The notes beneath the pieces are model-generated. The model saw nothing but the letters and a program-made list of their open reading frames with translations. It was not told where the DNA came from and did not search any database. The translations under genes and the position numbers were made by a program. Of a stretch of 64,000 nt of DNA, positions 26,601-37,428 are shown in pieces; position 1 is the stretch's first letter, and each line of letters opens with the position of its first letter. The stretch spans positions 75,330,001-75,394,000 of the forward strand of contig NC_134470.1 of the NCBI RefSeq assembly GCF_964194025.1, given 5' to 3'. Source of the DNA: Convolutriloba macropyga. Taxonomy: Eukaryota.

Positions 26601-27663
26601 ATCAGGATGTCCCAAAAGTGTGTGAGCATGGTGGTTTTTGTTTGTATATGAAAAAATTTTGTTCCGAAGTTAGCCTAATCTTGGTGTTGTGGGCAACGTT
26701 GAATATGCTTAATTCTTCTATTTTTGATTTTTGATTGTCATTCAGGAAAAATTTTGCCCAATTAAATTGTCACAAGAAGGTCTCTCTGTTTTATTTCAGC
26801 TGGAAGTGACTTTTTTTGAGTTGTTGGAAATTTGGGACTTCGTCGTGGATTTCCCGTTTAAAAGGTGATAAAATGTTCACGTCAGAGCAATTTCCTCGCG
26901 CCCGGAACCACAATTAGTTGTTTTTGGGTGGAGGTGTTTTGGGTTGTTGTTCAGAATTTCCAATTGTATTTTGGATTAGTTCATTGATTTTAGCTAGTGA
27001 TTTAATACTAGGATCAATTGGGGACATTTTTTTTGGCTTGGTCAGATCTTAGAATATGAAAGTGTTCACTTTTTGTCTTGTTTGGTAACTTTACAAGATC
27101 GTTTTAAAACAAAATATACAAGAATCAAATTGCAAATTGAAATGTGAAGCTTGTTTTTGTTGGTTCGTTCCAGGGACTCAAGACTCCTGTAATTTTTTTC
27201 AAGTAATGTTGACTTTCCTGGTTTCAAGATGTACTTTTGGAAAGTACAACTGGGATTCTTGTTAATTTCTTCGTTTTTTTCATGCGCCATTTTTTTAATG
27301 AATTTACTTGTATCCTCATGTCAGGAAAGTGTAGCAAGTGGTCCTTAGGGCGTATTTTGATGTTGTGTTTTTCGAAGAATAGGTTACCAAGAATCAAAAT
27401 TCTACAGATTTGAAGACAAGAAATTGTTCACTGAAGCTTTGGTTTCCCGATTCAAATGGTACTGATACTTCACTATCAACCGATAAAAAGTGAGCGCTTG
27501 CCATTTTAAGAGTAAAGAGTGTTATATTCTCAATCTGATGATTTTTTCCGATACCTCTGTTTTGACGAAGTTTGTAAAAAGAGAATGTTGGATTCTCAAT
27601 CTGATGAAATTTTTCGATGTCTCTGCTTTGACGCAGTTTGTAAAAAGTTTGTTTAATGATCAC
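23650..27663 (-). mobile_element. Decayed Ty3/gypsy copy B (protease, RT start, macrodomain, downstream region)
   Basis: 24742-27663 is collinear with 16675-20925 (about 85-90% identical by eye) and has the same internal deletion junction. 23650-24742 is extra downstream sequence. The copy is cut at 27663 by the palindrome. Confidence 0.72.
25592..26008 (-). pseudogene. TARG1/OARD1-like macrodomain, copy 3
   Basis: ORF 25733..26038 (SHCVSSDINL..HIFNITLNEFYNKPSYYSLLLCSL) continues past stops into TDTAIS*IRFGLDAL. Confidence 0.78.
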
Positions 27664-28353
27664 GAGGTTCCGCCACATTATTGACTACTGCTTAGCTTTG
27701 AGCTCGAAATCTCAAATTAGCAAGAACTAGAGTTGCATATATCTTCACTTTTTCTCTCATTAAAAGTTCACAAGTTGGTGAAATGTTCACATTCGAACCA
27801 CGTTGCTCCTGCCAGTCCCTCGAAAATAACATGGAAAAACTTTAACTAAGTAACTTACCAGCGGTTCAAAGTTTTGACCGAGAAATGAAAACAAACTAGA
27901 CCAAAATCGGCCACTCGATTCCTACAAAAAAATTACAAAATTCTTCTATTGCGTTTGGCATTACTAGTTTACATCTCATAATAGTAAAAATGAAGTGTGA
28001 AAAGGGGCGTTGGTATAAGCTTAAGTTAAAAGAAAATTTTTTTTTTAACGTGAAGTAAAACGGCGTTAGAATTAAGGCAATTTTTTAATATTTTCAACTT
28101 AACTGTTAAAAATATTTTTAAAAACTGCACTGATGCGTTAAGCATTCGTTCATTGAAACAAATTCATAAAATTTCAAAGGAGAAATAATTGTTCTTGATA
28201 AGTGTTCAGAGCTTTCAAAATGATATTTTGTTGTTGCTTTAAGCAGTAATTACAATCGAAAATAGAAAATGTTTCACCTCTTAAAAAGTTGGGCTACAGT
28301 TGATGATTTGAGGAATGGCGAAACGCGCTTAAGGCGCGGCTCTCTAATGGTAA

Positions 28354-28480
28354 AGTGGGGGTTTTTTTCTGTGGCGGTTTATTTCCGTGGGGGTTTATTT
28401 CCGTGGGGTTTATTTCCGTGGGGGTTAATTTCCTATCTAAAATGAAGTGGGATTTTTTCCGTGGGGTTTTTTCTGCAACC
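28354..28480. repeat. Subterminal 16-bp repeats (GTGGGGGTTTATTTCC), ~5 imperfect copies
   Basis: Read directly. Mirror of 42722-42930. Confidence 0.9.
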
Positions 28481-29249
28481 GATTAATTAGCTTCTTCGCT
28501 CTTTGAAACAACATTCATTTCAAATAAGATTTATTACGAGTCTTGTCTCTGAGATCTTAGGACCAACAAATTAAGGACCAAGAGCAATTTCAAAAATCAG
28601 TCTCACATTTGTCAGAGTTTATCATTGCTGCTGTCTCTGCACCAGAGATCACTTAAACCTGCGGGGCAGACAAGAGTCAGAGACACTAATTTGTCAAAAA
28701 ATAGGAAAGAGACTTTGCAAATGACCAAGAAAAGAGTGGAAAGTCAAGGGCTAGCAGAACGAAAAAAGAAAGAGTGTGGAGAGTGTGAGATTTGCATGAA
28801 CTGCCTACTTTTTGAGGAAAAGTTGCGGGCATTGTTGAATATAAACCTGTAAGCCTTGTTGGCTGGTGTGTGGTGAGACCTCAGCCTTAGAGTAGAAATA
28901 CTTTGAGTGCTAATGCTGCTAACGACTGTGCTTTTCTAGTGTCATTGATCGTTTTTGTAATCAAACGCCACTCGGTTACTTCGTTTAATAAAAAAACCGA
29001 CGACAACAAAAATATGTTTTGGGGACGCTAGCAAGCTCTGGAAAGTTTTGTTCTCAGTCAAATTATTTTTTTCCTTGGTATTAAAACAATACTCAAAACA
29101 ATATATTGCATGGAGAAATTAGAGGTGAACAAAAACACTAAATTTATTTAACTGATGGCAATAAGGAAAATCTAATAAAATCAGATGAAGATCGGAGAGA
29201 ATACAACCTGATGTCATCGTAGAGAGAGACTAATTCTGAGAATATATCA

Positions 29250-31400
29250 GGATGAGATTTTTGGGTTTGATAATTAGAGGCACAAATGTACGCGTTGAAA
29301 TTAGAGCTTTTTCAAATTTAGAGCGCCAGTTTCAGGAAATTGTTACTGCGACGCTTGGAAGCAAGGCAGCAAAAGAACAGCAAAAGGCAGTAAAAGGCAG
29401 CAGACAGATCATAAACAAAGAAGGATTTTGAACAGAAAAACGCTACTCTATGATTCAGATCAAGCTTTATACAAATACTATATTTCTTTTCCTAGACCAC
29501 AAAAAAATGACGGCACCAAAATTTGGGATGTCGTGTGTGAGTGCTTTAAAAGTTTTGAGAGGCCACAATCATATAAAAACATATAAACGAGTTGACAATG
29601 TTGATGAAATACTTGAAAGGGTAGTTTTGGTTTACCCCACAACGGCAAATGAAACGCACTTTAACTTGAATAATAGGAAAAAAAAGCAAAAATAGCGACA
29701 AAAAATATATTTGAAAGATCTCAGAGGGAGTTGCAAAATAATAGGTAGTTTCATAACACTACTGCAGTACAGTAGAGAGGAATAAAATATACAAACACAA
29801 TATACGACACCCTTTAGATTTGATATCGAGAGTTTACAAAAATTAGAGTTGTAGTTCATTGTGAGCGCAAATTGTGAGCACAAATTTTAAAATTGTGGAC
29901 ATCAAGTGGAATAATGCAGAATAAAAAACAGAAAAGGCACAGAAACAGGAATTTAATTGTTTGACAGATGTCAAGCGGCGGCATTTGTAACATTTCTGGA
30001 AAAAAAAATGAAGCAAACGCTTGGTCGAACGTTTCTTAATCAAAATATACGATTGTATCTGTTTCCCGGAATTTTAAAAATTCAATCAAAATGGCGGAAC
30101 TCAAATTTTTTCTCAGAAAACATACAACAGTTGAGAGTGTGCATTAGTTTCAAGACTCAGGAGCTGGTAGTTAAAGAACACTAAAGAAATGAACAAATGA
30201 GTCTCAGTTATAGGCTTAGAAGGATTAAAATGAACAGTAAGGCCGTCTGGTGTTCCAGTACCCACAGACACGGGTAAAACATTGTATCAAAGTCAGTTAT
30301 AAAAAAAGGAATATGAATCATTGTATCTTAATACTATACGGACAAAAACAAAATGTAACCGTACTCAACAGCAGCAGCCACAGCCCCCCCCCCCCCATTT
30401 AGAGGCAGATGGAGAGGCCGGTCAGGGTGGAGATCAAAACCAAGAGGCGGTAGAGGTGGTGGACGGGGAAACCCACCATAATTCTTCCGAAGAGTGGAAT
30501 GAATTTCTAGATGTGCTACAGGCACAAACTCTCCTCCCATACTTTGACGAAGACTCACATTAGATAAAAAATCTTTCTTACACTGACCTCTTCGACTTTA
30601 CGCATATGTCTACCCCTACAACTCAAGCCCTTAGTAGATCACAACGCTCAAACTCCTCCACCGAAACTATTCCCTACTCGCAGCATGATACACAGGCTGC
30701 CGCAGAAAGAGAGCAAATAAATCAAGATTTGTTACAGAGAGCCGGTGAAGGGGGCCTACCAGAAGTGATACTTATGAATCCTTTTTATATACATTCGCGA
30801 ACCCATCGTACAATTTCTATTTGGGTAACAGAATGAGACGATGAACTCGAGGACGGTGAGCCAAACCCTAATGATCCAAACTCTCAGGGACCTCCTGACG
30901 AAACACTAGATGATCAAGAGAAGGAAAGTGAAAATCCCCCACAACCCCCGAATCCGACGGAAACCGTCTCGGGCGAAGATGTTGGGGCTAGAATGAGCGT
31001 TTGGGCATCACCAACGGAACAAGATAACTTAGTTCTAAAAAAGCCATGCTTATGTTGAAGATATGCTAATGTCAGAAGAACGGACAATAGGGCTGACTTT
31101 GGGTCAGCAGGATATGCAAAAATAGAAAGCTTCTCACGTGAGTAAGAGTATGAAACAGCCAGTAACAAATAAATCAAAATCACGCGAAAAAAATTCTGTA
31201 GATATTTTGGATAGAATTTCAGGAGACCATAGATGTGGATAGTCATAGAAGGTATAAAGAGCTGTTTTTGTTGAAGTCTATAGAGGTGAAGTAACTGAAA
31301 TATGCGAAATTTTCAGGAAGAAGAATTAGAATTATCAACACATTACATCCAAAAGGATTATGGCAACGTTGAGTGAGACAGGGTAAACTCAAGACAACCT
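29250..31400 (+). pseudogene. Decayed multi-exon gene of unknown identity in the left arm (mirror copy at ~39200-42050, minus strand)
   Basis: Exon-like blocks follow pyrimidine-AG acceptors and are conserved as peptides between the arms. In one ~26-codon block, 5 of 9 substitutions are synonymous and none falls at codon position 2. Boundaries are approximate. Confidence 0.45.
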
Positions 31401-32093
31401 AGAACTAAAATATCTGTCAAAAGATAAAAAGTTTTTTTCGTTTTATTCATAAAATCAAAAACGCCGTACCAAGCGATGTAAAAAAATTAGGAAATAGTTT
31501 CATTTTTTGTTTTCAATGTTACCTTCAAAACCTCCGGAAGCATAGTTTAAAAATTGCTTCTGAAAAGCACCTCCGTAAGGTTGTTACAAAACAGAGGGTT
31601 GTTTTATAGAATGTTGTTACAGAAGGTTGTTTTATAAGGATAAAAAAATGAAAGGGGGAATAGTAAAAATGAAAAAAATCCTCGCAACGTAGTCTCCAAT
31701 GAAAATTTAATTTTTGTCAAACGTTAAAACACAACTGAAAATCAGTCTTCTGAACAAATACCTGCACATGTGGTTGTACCTAATACAATATAATTCTTTT
31801 TCAGTCGTATCTTATTTAAAACCACAGAGGAATCAATTATTGATAAAAATTGGCTGAAATCAGTGAAATCAGAGTCCAACCGAAGTAAAAAAAAACTAGG
31901 CTCTCAGATATGGCAATAAATGTACTCCTCTTATCTGTGTTTTATAGAAAAATGAGTTTCTCATTCATATCAAAACTCCCACATGCGCACGGCAAGCACA
32001 AATAGAGGAGTATTAACATTTTATTGACAAAGACAATGCACAGTTTTAACGAAAAAATGGCTCGAGCATGTGTTTCACTTCCATAAAAATTTA

Positions 32094-35000
32094 AAAATTT
32101 TCATTATTTTTCAAGAAATCTTTTTCATAACTGGAATGAGCATTCTCCTTCTTGAAAGTTTTTTTGAAAACTGAAAAATGGACCAAGCAAGCTCCAAAAT
32201 TTTTTGAAAAATTGCAAAACGTATAATAATGTGACACAATGGAAATTGATCAAATAACTATGCTTTAATAATCTTAAAGAAACTATTGCTACAAGAGAAG
32301 TTTTAAAATTAATGTCAAATAAAAACATCTTACAAAAAACTGCTCTTGAATTAAAACTATTAAAACACTGAAGATTCAACTCATATCAATTAATTTTGGA
32401 AACTTTATTAAAATCGATTGTGCTATATCATTTAGACTAAAGGGCTTCATTGATTAACAAAAAAAATTGATTTAAATGTCTGGACGACAGTTAAACTGAC
32501 GACTAAAAACAGCAAATTTAAATCAAATTATTAGAAAAATCAAATAAGCTCACACTCGCAAAAAAATTTAATCCTCAAACATAGCAATATTCTCGGTGAA
32601 TCTCAAGTTATTAGGATTACACCACCAACAAAAAAACTAGCATTTAATTAAGACTTGAAACTGACATATGTATTTTATTACAATTTTTATAGAACCAGCA
32701 AAGTTATTGTCTAAGGCGACCGTTGTGTAGACCAATTTTTAATCGGTTTTTAAAATTCTGTGGCCACTGACTGGAACAATATGCCTAGGTTCCATCTAAA
32801 AATCTCAGAAGAATTTTTATTTGGAGACAAATAATTGAACAAGCCAAAAAATCAGTACTTCGTGTTTTAGTTTAACAACTTTTCGACACGTTGGTTGTGT
32901 TAGTTATACTTCTGCCTGTATGTATTTATACATTATGCTTTTATTACTCGTCTCTCACTTTTTTTAAATCAAATTCAGACGCGGTATGTTTTAATCTAGA
33001 TGGAAAAAAATCTTCCAAAAATGTTACCTGGTTAATTAAAAAGGCAGTATGTGCCACTGAAAAGACGGAGCAACATGCATCAACTACAAAGCATCACAGC
33101 AGCGTATTCAAACTTAAAACGCGATAAATTCCAGAATAAAGTTTCTCTGGCAAAAATTAAATGACCCAGCCAAAAAGTATTAATTTGTTATTTTTGTAAG
33201 TTACCAATTGAATAAATATTCTTCTGTTTTTGTCTTTTAATACATTATGTTTTAATCACTCATCTTTCCCTCTTTTTCTTTAAAAGTTTAGAAGCTGTAT
33301 CTCTCAATTTAGATGGACAAAACGTTACCAGCTAAATTAAAAAAGCAGTTGGAACCACCGAAAGGACAGAACAGCAAACCCCTCATCAAAATATCACAGC
33401 AGCGTATTCAAATTTGAAACGCATTGTATTTTACGATTGCAACAATATGCTAATTTCTTAGAACCATGGCAAAGCGTTACACTAAATTACTATACTGTTT
33501 AAACATGTAACTTTCCGTTACCTTCTTTCTTGGGGCATTACTTACGTAGCAGACCGGTGCTCGTCAAAGTTAAAAGTTTTGGTCAAAGATGCGCAGATGT
33601 GTTCTTTGACCTTTCAGAAAACTTATAGTTAAAATTCGCTGACGAATGTTTTCAGTTCATCAAACATTTTCCTGCAAAAATTCCCCCAAGTCTAACTCAC
33701 CTAGTTTGGTTCATCTTACCAGAAACTTACCCTGCTAAAAAATTCTCCTCGCAAAAAATGCAGTGTATACATTTCATGCAACAAACACCCATTGAGAGTC
33801 TCATCTTCGTACTATAAAGTATGGGCTCAACAGGTGTTTGACTTACAAAAAGTTATCTTAATTATCTATAATATGCTCTATACAAAATAATTGGCTGTAT
33901 TTTTTCATCTAACCATTCAAATTATACGCCCATGCTTTAAAATTGTATTCAATCACCATTGTGGAATTGGTAATTTTTTTTTCTTTGGTAACCATATGTT
34001 AGCTTGATATTTAAATCGCATGTTTGAACGCATCACTCGTTAAACAACTGTATGTTTTTGGACTAGCATACGCATTTCTTACATATATCCACCCCACTAA
34101 TGTCCGAGCAGTTGCCTTGCTCGAAATCGACAAACCATCTAAGAAGAGGAAGTGTTTGTTGTTACTCAAGCACTCTTTATCTGCACGTGAAATTTTGTGG
34201 ACTCAGCGAAATACGGGAACATCATAGGAACTTTCGGTCCTCAAATTGCGAACCTAATACAAATCTAAGTACGTCAGAGGCAACAATTCTAAATCAAGTA
34301 ATGTCAACATTGAGAAGAGGAAAAGGAAGCTCATAAAGAACAAAATCTTCATTGCAGAACAACCTTTTTACGCTGCGAATATAGAAGGCAAGATTAAATT
34401 TCACAATTGAGGCCAGATTCAATTTCAAAGATTTAAATCCACAAGATTTGAATTCAGCTCTCAATGGTTGTGTTCTTTGCATCTAATTCAAACAGTGCAA
34501 GTTTTGTGAGGCAAATTTTCTGGCATAGTAAATTTCCGTTAAGTTGAACCCAAGGTTAATTAGAGTCGGGTAAATCTTTTTGTTACAAAAAAAAACTTTT
34601 GCTGAACTGAACATTCGTCAGCATATTACAACTATAACGTTATTGAAGGGTAAAAAAACACAACATCGAACAAAATTTTGCAGCCGTTAGCAACGCAAAA
34701 AATGCCCCAAGAAAAAAGCAACGGAAAGTTAGACACTTAAATAGTATAGTAATAGTTTTGCTGGTTCGAGAAAATTTTCATTATCTTTCAAGAAATCTTT
34801 TTCATAACTGGAATGAGCATTCTCCTTCTTGAAAGTTTTTTTGAAAACTGAAAAATGAACCAAGCAAGCTCCAAAATTTTTTGAAAAATTGCAAAACGTA
34901 TAATAATGTGACACAATGGAAATTGATCAAATAACTATGCTTTAATAATCTTAAAGAAACTATTGCTACAAGAGAAGTTTTAAAATTAATGTCAAATAAA

Positions 35001-37428
35001 AACATCTTACAAAAAACTGCTCTTGAATTAAAACTATTAAAACACTGAAGATTCAACTCATATCAATTAATTTTGGAAACTTTATTAAAATCGATTGTGC
35101 TATATCATTTAGACTAAAGGGCTTCATTGATTAACAAAAAAAATTGATTTAAATGTCTGGACGACAGTTAAACTGACGACTAAAAACAGCAAATTTAAAT
35201 CAAATTATTAGAAAAATCAAATAAGCTCACACTCGCAAAAAAAATTTAATCCTCAAACATAGCAATATTCTCGGTGAATCTCAAGTTATTAGGATTACAC
35301 CACCAACAAAAAAACTAGCATTTAATTAAGACTTGAAACTGACATATGTATTTTATTACAATTTTTATAGAACCAGCAAAGTTATTGTCTAAGGCGACCG
35401 TTGTGTAGACCAATTTTTAATCGGTTTTTAAAATTCTGTGGCCACTGACTGGAACAATATGCCTAGGTTCCATCTAAAAATCTCAGAAGAATTTTTATTT
35501 GGAGACAAATAATTGAACAAGCCAAAAAATCAGTACTTCGTGTTTTAGTTTAACAACTTTTCGACACGTTGGTTGTGTTAGTTATACTTCTGCCTGTATG
35601 TATTTATACATTATGCTTTTATTACTCGTCTCTCACTTTTTTTAAATCAAATTCAGACGCGGTATGTTTTAATCTAGATGGAAAAAAATCTTCCAAAAAT
35701 GTTACCTGGTTAATTAAACAGGCAGTATGTGCCACTGAAAAGACGGAGCAACATGCATCAACTACGAAGCATCACAGCAGCGTATTCAAACTTAAAACGC
35801 GATAAATCCCAGAATAAAGTTTCTCTGGCAAAAATTAAATGACCCAGCCAAAAAGTATGTATTTGTTATTTTTGTAAGTTACCAATTGAATAAATATTCT
35901 TCTGTTTTTGTGTTTTAATACATTATGTTTTAATCACTCATCTTTCCCTCTTTTTCTTTAAAAGTTAAGAAGCTGTATCTCTCAATTTAGATGGACAAAA
36001 CGTTACCAGCTAAATTAAAAAAGCAGTTGGAACCACCGAAAGGACAGAACAGCAAACCCCTCATCAAAATATCACAGCAGCGTATTCAAATTTGAAACGC
36101 ATTGTATTTTACGATTGCAACAATATGCTAATTTCTTAGAACCATGGCAAAGCGTTACACTAAATTACTATACTGTTTAAACATGTAACTTTCCGTTACC
36201 TTCTTTCTTGGGGCATTACTTACGTAGCAGACCGGTGCTCGTCAAAGTTAAAAGTTTTGGTCAAAGATGCGCAGATGTGTTCTTTGACCTTTCAGAAAAC
36301 TTATAGTTAAAATTCGCTGACGAATGTTTTCAGTTCATCAAACATTTTCCTGCAAAAATTCCCCCAAGTCTAACTCACCTAGTTTGGTTCATCTTACCAG
36401 AAACTTACCCTGCTAAAAAATTCTCCTCGCAAAAAATGCAGTGTATACATTTCATGCAACAAACACCCATTGAGAGTCTCATCTTCGTACTATAAAGTAT
36501 GGGCTCAACAGGTGTTTGACTTACAAAAAGTTATCTTAATAATCTATAATATGCTCTATACAAAATAATTGGCTGTATTTTTTCATCTAACCATTCAAAT
36601 TATACGCCCATGCTTTAAAATTGTATTCAATCACCATTGTGGAATTGGTAATTTTTTTTTCTTTGGTAACCATATGTTAGCTTGATATTTAAATCGCATG
36701 TTTGAACGCATCACTCGTTAAACAACTGTATGTTTTTGGACTAGCATACGCATTTCTTACATATATCCACCCCACTAATGTCCGAGCAGTTGCCTTGCTC
36801 GAAATCGACAAACCATCTAAGAAGAGGAAGTGTTTGTTGTTACTCAAGCACTCTTTATCTGCACGTGAAAATTTGTGGACTCAGCGAAATACGGGAACAT
36901 CATAGGAACTTTCGGTCCTCAAATTGCGAACCTAAAACAAATCTAAGCACGTCAGAGGCAACAATTCTAAATCAAGTAATGTCAACATTGAGAAGAGGAA
37001 AAGGAAGCTCATAAAGAACAAAATCTTCATTGCAGAACAACCTTTTTACGCTGCGAATATAGAAGGCAAGATTAAATTTCACAATTAAGTCCAGATTTAA
37101 TTTCAAAGATTTAAATCCACAAGATTTGAATTCAGCTCTCAATGGTTGTGTTCATTGCATCTAATTCAAACAGTGCAAGTTTTGTGAGGCAAACTTTCTG
37201 GCATAGTAAGTTTCCGTTAAGTTGAACCCAAGGTTAATTAGAGTTGGGTAAATCTTTTTGTTACAAAAAAATTTTTTGCTGAACTGAACATTCGTCAGCA
37301 TATTACAACTATAACGTTATTGAAGGGTCAAAAAACACAACATCGAACAAAATTTTGCAGCCGTTAGCAACGCAAAAAATGCCCCAAGAAAAAAGCAACG
37401 GAAAGTTAGACACTTAAATAGTATATTA
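32094..37428. repeat. 2.68-kb near-identical tandem duplication spanning the palindrome centre
   Basis: ORF pairs 32125/34802, 32891/35569 and 34024/36702 are offset by 2677-2678. Confidence 0.96.

Larger units (their letters stand above)
27661..33805 (+). repeat. Left arm of the giant inverted repeat
   Basis: Mirror of 37130-43646. Example: LDHKKMTAPKFGMSCVSAL (+, 29490) versus LDHKKLTAPKLGMSCVSAL (-, 41830). Confidence 0.92.

Noticed and set aside
16675-27663. Two gypsy copies as evidence of independent transposition of the deleted form
   Set aside because: They share flanking Penelope modules, so local segmental duplication explains them.
33636-33660. CTGACGA in the palindrome interior as another hammerhead
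   Set aside because: No stem II-GAAA-UH arrangement follows.
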